From Promethearchaeota archaeon (GTDB taxonomy: Archaea > Asgardarchaeota > Lokiarchaeia > Sigyniarchaeales > SOKP01), in NCBI GenBank assembly GCA_019057795.1, contig JAHLWS010000082.1:96001-160000 (forward strand): DNA of 64,000 nt. The letters run 5' to 3'. How positions within the stretch are numbered: the first letter of the stretch is position 1; every line of letters begins with the position of its first letter. Position numbers and translations under genes: made by a program. Positions 1-9,005 of this stretch are shown piece by piece. The notes under the pieces are model-generated. The model worked only from the letters and a program-made list of their open reading frames with translations. It was not told the DNA's origin and made no database searches.

Positions 1-29
1 TAAATAGAATTTTTCAGGAATGATACAAA

Positions 30-1496
30 TTAAATTGATTTGTGCCAAATTTGCATTTTATCTGCCCCCCTATTACTCCACGCAAAATAGGGTATTGCTA
101 TGAATATCTCGTTGTTTGAATTTTTTCCTGTAATGATATTAATTCCTCCTAACAGTTCTGGTTTAAATTTAACAATAAATTCTTGATTTCTTGGGATAAT
201 AGTCTTAAAAATATCGAACTTTTTATTATCTTTCTGTTCTAGACAATAGATTAAAGGGCCGTAAGAAATTGCCGCTCGACCTCTATTATCCTTGATTCTT
301 GGGTCACTTTCAATTAAATTTGGTTTCATTTTAAAAGTAAGCAGGATAATATCGTTATCTAACCAATTTCTTAATATTTCCACATATTTTCCTTTAGAGA
401 GCCCATTAGAATGTTTTATACCATTAACTTTTAGCTCAGCGTCGATGCTCCAATTTGGAATTCTAAGGAATATCGAAAATTTTTGACTTTTGCTTAAATT
501 AAGGTGAATCTCTACCTTCCCTTTCCACGGAAAATGACTTATTTGGTTTATTTTAATTAAATTTGAGCAGAAATTAATATTCATCGCATTGCCAATGTAT
601 TGATGAACCCAAATGCCTTTTTCTGATGTACTATAAATACATTGCCCTAAAGATGAAATTGTACGAGCAACATTAGGGGGGCAGCACGCACAAAGAAACC
701 ATTCTTTCCTTTCATCTTTACCATGCGAAATTAAAGGGTTGTCGTATGTGTATTTTTTACCATCTATAGATTGCCCCACTAACATCGCGTTGTATAACAA
801 TTTCTCGATTAAATCTGCATACTTACAATTACCCGTTATTTGAAGCATCCTCCAGTTCCACATCATGTTTCCAATAGCTGCGCATGTTTCAGAATAGGAA
901 TCTCTATTTCCTAAGGCAAAATCTTTTCTAAAACCTTCGGTACTTCTTTCTGAACCAATTCCTCCCGTAATATACATTCTTGCCTTATACATTTTTAACC
1001 AAATTCTTCTGAGAGATTTCAGTAAAGCGTCTTCACCCGTCTCAGAATAGAGGTCTGCCATACCACAATAAAGATACATCGCTCTTACGGCATGTCCAAC
1101 AGGTTCAAATATGCTCCTCACTGGTTTGTTGGATTGAATGAAATTACCGTTAAAATTTTCGCGAATAATTCTTATAAAATGCTTTATGGTAAGTCCTGAT
1201 ACAAATTCGGCAACTTCACTCTTTTGTATACTCGAAATATCTTTTCCTTTAACTTCTTTTTCGTGCTCTAGATTTTTTTTCTTAGCTAATTTTATAATAT
1301 ATCCCATATTTAGATATTGGTTTAGAATGTATATTTTAAAATTGGAGATTTTACCTCTTCGATTAATGAATTCTTCAGCGAGTTCCAAGTAACTAGATTT
1401 ATTTGTTAATCTGTATAGTTCAATTAGAGCTAATTCGATTTCTTCGTGTCCTGGAACCCCCTTCCTTTTTCCTCCTAAAAATGTTTTTACGAGCAA
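30..1496 (-). CDS. GH127 beta-L-arabinofuranosidase-like glycoside hydrolase, C-terminal part (frameshifted from 1487..1999)
   Basis: GHEEIELAL, GHAVRAMYL, YSETCA and CACCPPN motifs typical of GH127/HypBA1. Confidence 0.85.
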   Translation of the reverse strand: MLVKTFLGGKRKGVPGHEEIELALIELYRLTNKSSYLELAEEFINRRGKISNFKIYILNQYLNMGYIIKLAKKKNLEHEKEVKGKDISSIQKSEVAEFVSGLTIKHFIRIIRENFNGNFIQSNKPVRSIFEPVGHAVRAMYLYCGMADLYSETGEDALLKSLRRIWLKMYKARMYITGGIGSERSTEGFRKDFALGNRDSYSETCAAIGNMMWNWRMLQITGNCKYADLIEKLLYNAMLVGQSIDGKKYTYDNPLISHGKDERKEWFLCACCPPNVARTISSLGQCIYSTSEKGIWVHQYIGNAMNINFCSNLIKINQISHFPWKGKVEIHLNLSKSQKFSIFLRIPNWSIDAELKVNGIKHSNGLSKGKYVEILRNWLDNDIILLTFKMKPNLIESDPRIKDNRGRAAISYGPLIYCLEQKDNKKFDIFKTIIPRNQEFIVKFKPELLGGINIITGKNSNNEIFIAIPYFAWSNRGADKMQIWHKSI

Positions 1497-1999
1497 ATCA
1501 GCAAATTTAATGCTACATTTAATAGCGATTCTTTTCCTGTTGCAATGTTATGGGCTACCGCAGCTTGAATTAAATGACCCGCACAATAAAGTTCGTGCAT
1601 AATATAAAGATTTGTGAACCTCTCTTGAAGAAATCTCGTCGAATAGAAAGTGTTTATGTACCCGTCTTCAATTTGACTTTTGTTTATTAGATCAACGATT
1701 TCACTCGCCTTTAATTCCAAGTCGGGATCGCTGTGTGTGTGTAAAATATAACTCGTTGCCTCCAACCATTTATATAAATCTGAATCATAGTAAAACTCAC
1801 CTATTTGAATTCCTTTTTTAACACCTCCAGCAACTCTAAAATTGTCAATGTGGTGATCTTGCTCTAGTTTTTCATGTTGTAAGTGAATTGACACATCTCT
1901 ATTGATCTTTTGCCTTTTTGACCAAAAATTATCGTTAATTTGAACTTTATAGAATGGAACGTAAGAAAGTTTGTTATAGGGGCGTTTTATTAAGTCCAT
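1487..1999 (-). CDS. GH127 glycoside hydrolase, N-terminal part; -1 frameshift at ~1502-1508 joins it to 30..1496
   Basis: DSDLYKWLEA, DGYINT, HELYCAGHLIQAAVAH motifs; one extra A restores ALKFADLLVKTF. Confidence 0.85.
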   Translation of the reverse strand: MDLIKRPYNKLSYVPFYKVQINDNFWSKRQKINRDVSIHLQHEKLEQDHHIDNFRVAGGVKKGIQIGEFYYDSDLYKWLEATSYILHTHSDPDLELKASEIVDLINKSQIEDGYINTFYSTRFLQERFTNLYIMHELYCAGHLIQAAVAHNIATGKESLLNVALNLLICS

Positions 2000-2029
2000 A
2001 AGTCTAAAAATTAAACATTAATAATTTAA

Positions 2030-3462
2030 TTATTTATTATTCTTTGAACTAGATAACTTTTCTTTTAAACGATCAATTTTCTCTATATGTAAAATACTTA
2101 CTTGTCGTTTCATCTCTTTATATTCCTTACTAGCACCATCAAGCGGATAATACCATAACGAAATTAATCCAACTACAATAAAAATAGCCGGAATTAGCCC
2201 ATCAATAGTTTTATTCCAATAACAGCGCTTGTTGGCTGAGTTTCACCTACTCCTAAATTTTGATTAAAATTAGTAAAAGCGAATATAAATCCTGAAATCA
2301 TCGCGGAAACTGATTGGGCTGGTTTTGTAACAAGCGCATTAATCCCAAAAAACGCGCCTTCTCTTCTCTGTCCCGCGTCTAATTCGTCTTTATCAATGAT
2401 ATCTGCCAATAATGTGTAAACCAACAAAGTTTGACCTGAATAGCCAAATCCAATTATCATAAAAGAAATATTAGCGAAAAGTGCGTCGTTCGAAAAGGTT
2501 ACTAGTATAAAACCAAAAACTACTATTATCGAAAGAATAAATAGCGCTCTTTTATTTCCTTTCTTTTTATTTAGATATAAACCTACGGGATATCCAAAAA
2601 TAGAAAATATAATAAACATTAGTAAAGGGGTCGAACCAAGTATGTTGTCGCTTGACACCCCCAACACGTCAGCCATATAGAACGGTAAATTCGATTGAAT
2701 CGCAAATACTACATAAGTCATCATGAAATTAAATATCACAAAAGTTAAAAATGCCTTATTTTTGAGCGTCGTTTTAGTACAATACCACATATTTAGTTTC
2801 TCTGATTTTTCTGGCAAAAATTCAGGACGTTCTTTAATACCAAATGCTGGAAATGCTAAAAATATCGCCCCAAATATGGCAAGAATCAATACAATATAAT
2901 AGAACGCTGATAAATTTTGAGAAAAAGGAACGGCATCTAAATCAATAAATAATATAGGAAGAAGGTATGTAATGGAAATCCCAAAACCAGAACCTACGCC
3001 CGCAAATAAACTCAATTTAGCGCGCTCGTCTGGATCGATAGTTAACTCTGCCATAAGCGAATTAAAGTTCAAACCAATTATCGTGAAAAAACTATCGTAA
3101 ATAATTAAAGTCGTTAGTAACCAGACGAAATAAACCCATTGTTCGCTAATCGTGGGAGTAGCATATAGTAAAATGAAGCTTAACGATAACAACGGACCGC
3201 CAACCATTAAATACGGGACTCTCCTTCCATATTTAGTGTGGGTTCTATCAGACAACAATCCAAAAAGGGGGTCGTTGACGGCGTTCCATATCAAATAGAC
3301 AAGCCAAGACAAACCCCATAACAAAGGGTTTAAACCGATCATTTTGATGTAAAATATTAGCGTCCACGCCCCAAATAGCCCCGTTGTTAAATTAATCCCG
3401 AACGACCCTAGACCGTAAAAAGTTCTTGTTTTCAGAGAGAGTTTTTTGTATTCGAATCCCAT
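2030..3462 (-). CDS. MFS transporter, GPH/MelB-like sugar family; frameshift at ~2198-2200, last TM helix in -1 frame ending at 2030
   Basis: NAVNDPLFGLLSDRT..GRRVPY and D.DEL..GQRREG motifs; shifted frame continues LIPAIFIVVGLISLWYYPLDG. Confidence 0.85.
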
Positions 3463-4165
3463 TTCTCAAACAACTCTATTTTAAAAATATACTATATAGA
3501 ATTATAAACCGAAATTAAAATATATTCTATTTCTAATGAAAAAAAGTTACAATAGTACTGGTAGCAAAATAATGAAAATTAAGAATAAACTTGTACAAAC
3601 AATTTAATATCTAACGAACTCCATCTCGTCATTGGTATCAGGATCTACTGTCGCCATGATAATCTTTTAATGATTCCAAATTACCTTTTAGATAATTGTT
3701 TAAATTATAATATTTATATTTTCTCCTAAAAATTCAACCTATTTCAAGTATCAGAGTTTTAATGGCAATAACATTTTTTTTCAAATTTATAGCCATTTAA
3801 AATGCCAGTAAACATTCATCTCATGAATATTTAAATCTTATTGCCCAAAATCTTTTAGCTACTAAACAATTTATTGTTTCAGCGTTATAAAACTTAATCA
3901 AACAATATTAGAGTTGACTCCCCAACTAAGTAAACCTCATCATTCGAACTCAATTTTTGATCATATCTTATGATCCGATTTTGCTATTAATTTTTTTTTT
4001 TCTTATCAACAATAATTCTTTTTGTCGACCAAAATTGGATGATAAAATCACTCGGATAAACTACGATCAACCAACACATTTAAATATAAGTAATCCTAAA
4101 TTAAATATAATTACCATCGTAATTATAAAAAAAATATTTAAAAAATTAGTGGAGGAATAAAAATT

Positions 4166-4372
4166 ATGGCAGCATTCGCATGGAGTCCTTTAAGGGCTTT
4201 AATGAAAAAGGCCGGAGCTGAAATCGTAAGTAGAGCCGCAGTTGATAAATTAATGGATTATTTAGAAGAATACGCTAAAGAATTAACTGGTTGTGCTTTA
4301 AGTATTGCTAAACACTCTGGTCGAAAGAAAGTAACTCAAGGCGACATGAAAATCGCAATTAACTTAATTTAA
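4166..4372 (+). CDS. Archaeal histone (HMf-like histone fold)
   Basis: 68 aa, KKAGAEIVS...AKHSGRKKVTQGDM histone-fold signature; GGAGG SD upstream. Confidence 0.92.
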   Translation: MAAFAWSPLRALMKKAGAEIVSRAAVDKLMDYLEEYAKELTGCALSIAKHSGRKKVTQGDMKIAINLI

Positions 4373-4403
4373 AGCGATTTCTTGAAAGCTTAATATTTTC
4401 AAA

Positions 4404-4423
4404 TTTCTTTTTTCTTTTTTTTT
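4404..4423 (+). terminator. T-rich archaeal terminator after histone gene
   Basis: Long T tract ~30 nt after the stop codon. Confidence 0.45.
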
Positions 4424-4450
4424 AATCGTCAACAATACATATTTAATTCG

Positions 4451-4912
4451 TTATATTATTACTTCCTTTTTTTCCGGTCTTTTTTCTGCGTAAAAGAATC
4501 TTCCCGATCCCATGACATCAACGTGTCTAAAGTAAATTTCGTTAAATTCAATTTTTTGAGATTTGATTCCTTCTTGTTCCTTAACTTTTTCAAAATCTTC
4601 TCTGGAATGAGAATTAACGATTTTTTCTACCATTTTGCCTAATTCGGAAGCTAATAGTTCTTCTTCAGATGGGTAAAATTGGCTGAAATCTGCTCCAATT
4701 GCGATATTACCTTTCCGATATCCACCAGGGTTTTTAATAGCTTTCTTAATGTATTTTTTAAAGTATTTTACAATCCTTTTCAAATTTCCAGAGCTCAACT
4801 CTCCAACTTCTGCAAGAATGTCATAGACTTTGCTTGCCCCCCTCAAATAATCTTCAATTGTATCGGGAGTTATTTTTGGTTCGTAATCTGGAAATAAATT
4901 TTTTTCGCTCAT
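4451..4912 (-). CDS. Hypothetical protein
   Basis: 153-aa ORF with host-like composition, no family recognised. Confidence 0.7.
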   Translation of the reverse strand: MSEKNLFPDYEPKITPDTIEDYLRGASKVYDILAEVGELSSGNLKRIVKYFKKYIKKAIKNPGGYRKGNIAIGADFSQFYPSEEELLASELGKMVEKIVNSHSREDFEKVKEQEGIKSQKIEFNEIYFRHVDVMGSGRFFYAEKRPEKKEVII

Positions 4913-5043
4913 ATTTGATTATATTTAAAATCTAAAATAAATTTTTTTCAATTTGCGATATAAAGATTTAAAACCGATTATAATGTTTATTTCTAGAATG
5001 CATTAATTTTTATTACACTTTATTTAGCGGTTGAAGCTTAAAG

Positions 5044-5619
5044 ATGTTAGAACAAGAAGTCCAACCTTATTATATATTTAAGATATGTCTGCTGGGTCAA
5101 GGTGGTGTGGGAAAGACGTGTATATCAAGAAGACTATGCTTTGATGCATTCGACGCAAACACAAGACTCACTATAGGAATTGATTTTTACACTTATGACA
5201 TCCCTCTTGTTGTAGATGGCGATAAAACATATATTCGATTGAGTATATGGGATTTTGGCGGTCAAGAACAGTTTAAAAAAATGTTTAGTTATTATATCAA
5301 TGGAGCAAACGGTATTTTTATGGTATTTAGCCTATTCAACCTTAATAACACTCTACTTGGCTTAGATTGGTGGTACGAGCATCTTATTAAGCAAAAACAA
5401 AAAAATACTCCGAAATTATTAATTGGTTGTAAAAGTGATTTAGCTGGTAGCCTTGGAAAAATAGATGAGTTAGTAATAGAGAATTTTAGGAAGAAACACA
5501 AAAAAGTACTGTTTATTAAGACTTCTGCGAAAGACAATGTTAACATTAAAGAAATGTTTGTAGAGATGATAAAACTAATCATGGATACTAATAATTTTAA
5601 ATACGATAAAATTCTCTAA
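5044..5619 (+). CDS. Rab-like small GTPase
   Basis: G1 GQGGVGKT, G2 TIGIDF, G3 WDFGGQ, G4 GCKSD, G5 TSAK. Confidence 0.9.
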   Translation: MLEQEVQPYYIFKICLLGQGGVGKTCISRRLCFDAFDANTRLTIGIDFYTYDIPLVVDGDKTYIRLSIWDFGGQEQFKKMFSYYINGANGIFMVFSLFNLNNTLLGLDWWYEHLIKQKQKNTPKLLIGCKSDLAGSLGKIDELVIENFRKKHKKVLFIKTSAKDNVNIKEMFVEMIKLIMDTNNFKYDKIL

Positions 5620-5691
5620 AGATACTTTCAAAACAATTTTGAGATTTTTTAGAATTTAGATTTAAACTTTTAATTTGATAGTTTATCTTAA

Positions 5692-6681
5692 CTAAAATAA
5701 TATTAAGATTATACCAATAATCGTCAATATTATTCCTAAAAAGCTTTGTATTGATAATTTCTCCTTATTCACCCAGTAAGTTAGAGGAAGCGAAAATAAT
5801 GGGCTTGTGCTAGCTAATAAAGCCATAACAATGGCACCAGCAGTTCGAGTAGCTTCAGTATATAAATAAGCTCCTAAAGAGGTGCCAATAATTGACGCTA
5901 AAAGCAAAATTAACCATGTCTGAGAGGGTTTTTTTAGAGAAGATAAAGTTTGATTACGATCGGTAGCATTATTTTCTCTCCATACCATTAATATTAAAAT
6001 CGCTAAAGCAAATGGAAAACGAATTACATTACTAATGATTGAAGTAACACCTTCAGCATTTAAAATTAGGTCAATCTGGTTTGTTGCATAGTCAAGAATA
6101 ACTATACCAATAGCCCATCCGAGGGATGCGGCTAAGCTATAGCCAATAGCTTTAATAGAGGTATGCGCTATTATCTCATGTAATTTATTTTTCCATAGGA
6201 AATTTTCTGAATTTGTTTTTAATGAATTATTACTTTCAGCTTTGATTTTATATTTTCCAATAATTATTATCCCCAGTCCAATGAAAATTAGCGACAGAAT
6301 CATCTTTATTTCAAAAGGGCGATTCAGAAAAATTAATGATAGAATAAAAGTAAAAAGAGGAAAAGTCATAGAAACTGCTAAAGCAATTGTCGTACCAAGC
6401 TCTTTTTGTGCTTTAAAATAAGCAGTATCACCGATTACCTGGCCAAAAAGAAAACTAACGAATAAAATTACCCACAATTCCCATGGGAGTAAAAAAAGAT
6501 AAGGAAGGATTCCTAAGACAACGGCAACAAGGAAAAATGTTATAGTGCCGAGAGCAGTACGAAAGAAATTAATAAATGTAGGGCTCGCATAACGCTCTGT
6601 CTTTCGATAGAGCACATTTGATCCTACAAAAGTTAGGACTGCCAAAATTGCTAGTAATTCTCCAACCATAAAACTGCACAT
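5692..6681 (-). CDS. DMT/EamA family transporter
   Basis: About 10 TM helices in two EamA-like repeats, PLFT/PLFS motifs. Confidence 0.8.
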   Translation of the reverse strand: MCSFMVGELLAILAVLTFVGSNVLYRKTERYASPTFINFFRTALGTITFFLVAVVLGILPYLFLLPWELWVILFVSFLFGQVIGDTAYFKAQKELGTTIALAVSMTFPLFTFILSLIFLNRPFEIKMILSLIFIGLGIIIIGKYKIKAESNNSLKTNSENFLWKNKLHEIIAHTSIKAIGYSLAASLGWAIGIVILDYATNQIDLILNAEGVTSIISNVIRFPFALAILILMVWRENNATDRNQTLSSLKKPSQTWLILLLASIIGTSLGAYLYTEATRTAGAIVMALLASTSPLFSLPLTYWVNKEKLSIQSFLGIILTIIGIILILF

Positions 6682-6754
6682 TCTCTAAATTTTTTTTCAA
6701 AAAACTAAAATAAACCTTTTTGAGCAATATTATAAGATTTATTTCCCTTGAACA

Positions 6755-8224
6755 TTAATTAATTTTACCACACAACTGTTCTCTCTTCTGACCATATTTA
6801 TATAAATTTAGGAAAGATTTTGCAGCACTTTCTATTGAGGGATACACTAAAAATCCATCTTCGACTAGCTTATCGTGGAATATTGCTCGAGATTCGCTTG
6901 GGTATTGATGAAGAATAATGATAAAAACTTTTTCTAAGGATTCAGCATACTTTTTTATACCATGTAAATTGTTGTAATAACCCTTAAACCTAGCATCGTT
7001 TAAATCTCTCCAAGCGTCGGTTTCTACTATAATTAGATCGATATCATCATCTATCGCTACTTTGCACACCTCTAGAAATACTTTATCCGCAGTAACCCAT
7101 GGCATATCAAAAGGGTTAGATAAACTACCGATCTTGATAGGGTAAATTTTTTTCAGTTTTTCTAACTTTTCCCCTTCGAACAATGGTAATTCTAAGCCTA
7201 ATTCTGTTAAAGTATCGGTTGCCAATATTCCAAATCCTCCGGACCATAGAACAACTAAAGCGCGTTTACCTGATGGATAGATAACTTTTTTACTTAATTT
7301 TTTAAACTTTTTTATATAATTTGAAAAAAGGTAAGCGTAATCAATCAGCTCATCTAACGACGGTGGTATTTCGATAATCGTTGTTTGGTTAAAAATCGCA
7401 TCCCAAATCTTGCGTTTAGACGCCATTGAGCCGGTATGAGTTAAAACTGCTGTCTGGCCTCGTTCAGTTCTGCCCCCTCGCATAAAAAGTATTGGTTTTT
7501 TTGTATCTTTAAACGCTTTTAGTAACCTTTTCCCTTCATTTTCGTGCAAAGTGGATAAACCTTCGAAGTAAACACAAACCAAATCAGTCTCGTCGTCGTC
7601 GTTGAAATATTGTAGAAGTTCAGAAACTTGTATGTCAATGCAATTACCTATGCTTACTCCTTTTGAAAATCTTAAGTTGTACCTTCGAGAACTAAATTTA
7701 ACCATTTTGGAATGCAAATCTCCCGATTGGAAAATTAAGCTAATATTCCCGATTTCAACTGGAAAGGAGGAGTAATACGCTATTTTTCCGCGTGGGCAAT
7801 ATAACCCCATACAATTTGGTCCTATGCTTCTGGTTCCTGGATAACTCATTATAATTTCTTTTAAATCCCGTTCAATTTTAAGTCCTACTTCGTCAGATTC
7901 TCCAGTTCCAGCAGTAAAAATATGAATATAATTTATTTTCTTTTTAGATAATATATCTTTTAAATTTTGAACTACAAGCTCTCTTCTAATGGATAAAATC
8001 AGTAAGTCTATCGTATCGGCTGGAACATCGTCAATAGATTTATAACATTTTATTCCTAAAAGTTCATCTTCTTTGGGTGAAACTAAGTAAAGTTTTTCTA
8101 AATCAAATCCTTGTCTAATAAAGCCTTCAATAAAAAAAGCAATTTTTGGTTTCGCTTCAAAAATTAATACATTTCTTGGTTTAAATAATAGTTCTAAAGA
8201 ATTTGTATTACTTTTTATTTCCAA
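6755..8224 (-). CDS. Acyl-CoA synthetase (NDP-forming) alpha-subunit-like, CoA-binding protein
   Basis: IGPNCMG, FQSG, SIGNCID, phospho-His THTGS, SGGFG and NPFD motifs. Confidence 0.8.
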   Translation of the reverse strand: MEIKSNTNSLELLFKPRNVLIFEAKPKIAFFIEGFIRQGFDLEKLYLVSPKEDELLGIKCYKSIDDVPADTIDLLILSIRRELVVQNLKDILSKKKINYIHIFTAGTGESDEVGLKIERDLKEIIMSYPGTRSIGPNCMGLYCPRGKIAYYSSFPVEIGNISLIFQSGDLHSKMVKFSSRRYNLRFSKGVSIGNCIDIQVSELLQYFNDDDETDLVCVYFEGLSTLHENEGKRLLKAFKDTKKPILFMRGGRTERGQTAVLTHTGSMASKRKIWDAIFNQTTIIEIPPSLDELIDYAYLFSNYIKKFKKLSKKVIYPSGKRALVVLWSGGFGILATDTLTELGLELPLFEGEKLEKLKKIYPIKIGSLSNPFDMPWVTADKVFLEVCKVAIDDDIDLIIVETDAWRDLNDARFKGYYNNLHGIKKYAESLEKVFIIILHQYPSESRAIFHDKLVEDGFLVYPSIESAAKSFLNLYKYGQKREQLCGKIN

Positions 8225-8819
8225 TGTGTTCCCCTAACTCGTTTGTTAAAAGATTATTACAATTATAGCAGTATTTGGGAACTGAATTAAATACTGTTCC
8301 ACAATTCTGACAAGTTATTTTACTTTGAAGTTCAATAAGCTTTAAGTTTTCTTTTTTTGTTTCTTTACTAAAATGTTTAATGAATTTTAAGATTAACGAT
8401 AACCCTATCGAAATAATTACGATCGTAATACCCAAAATGATTGTTTTTATAATAAGTGAAGGAAAAAGAGCATTAAAATATGTTTCTGAGTACCGGTAAT
8501 AAAAAACATAAAAGAAGAAGTTAGGAAAAAAGAATGCGAGCAAATTCATAGAATAAGCTTTCTTGAAATCGTTAAAAATAAAAATTGGTATTAGTGATAC
8601 TAAAATCCAAGTAAAGTATATGTACATAAAACTAAAGTTATTGTTATACATAATATAATTAGAAAGAAGTTGGATTATCAACTTTCTTTCCATTGAAATT
8701 GAGCTAGTAAACTCGATTTGAGAGTTATATTGAAATATAGACATTAATAAACTTAAAATTAAGATTTGAATAATGAAAAGCACTAATTTACTTTTAAAAT
8801 AATTCTTTATCTTCATCAC
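8208..8819 (-). CDS. Membrane protein with C-terminal zinc ribbon
   Basis: About 4 hydrophobic segments followed by CQNCG..CYNC. Confidence 0.65.
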   Translation of the reverse strand: MMKIKNYFKSKLVLFIIQILILSLLMSIFQYNSQIEFTSSISMERKLIIQLLSNYIMYNNNFSFMYIYFTWILVSLIPIFIFNDFKKAYSMNLLAFFFPNFFFYVFYYRYSETYFNALFPSLIIKTIILGITIVIISIGLSLILKFIKHFSKETKKENLKLIELQSKITCQNCGTVFNSVPKYCYNCNNLLTNELGEHIGNKK

Positions 8820-9005
8820 TAATTAATTAAAAATATCCATAAATTAAACTCTTTGATATAGATTAATAAAAGAAAAGATAAAAAAATGCCTAATCCGAAA
8901 AATTTTTAATATTTGCTTGCTTAAATTCCTTATAGTGCAGAACTTGTTAACTTATTCTTTATTGTATTATATTGTTAATCTAAATTCTAATGGTGATTTG
9001 GGTTT

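Noticed and set aside
3957-4160. 67-aa ORF upstream of the histone gene
   Set aside because: Low-complexity AT-rich translation of the probable histone promoter region.
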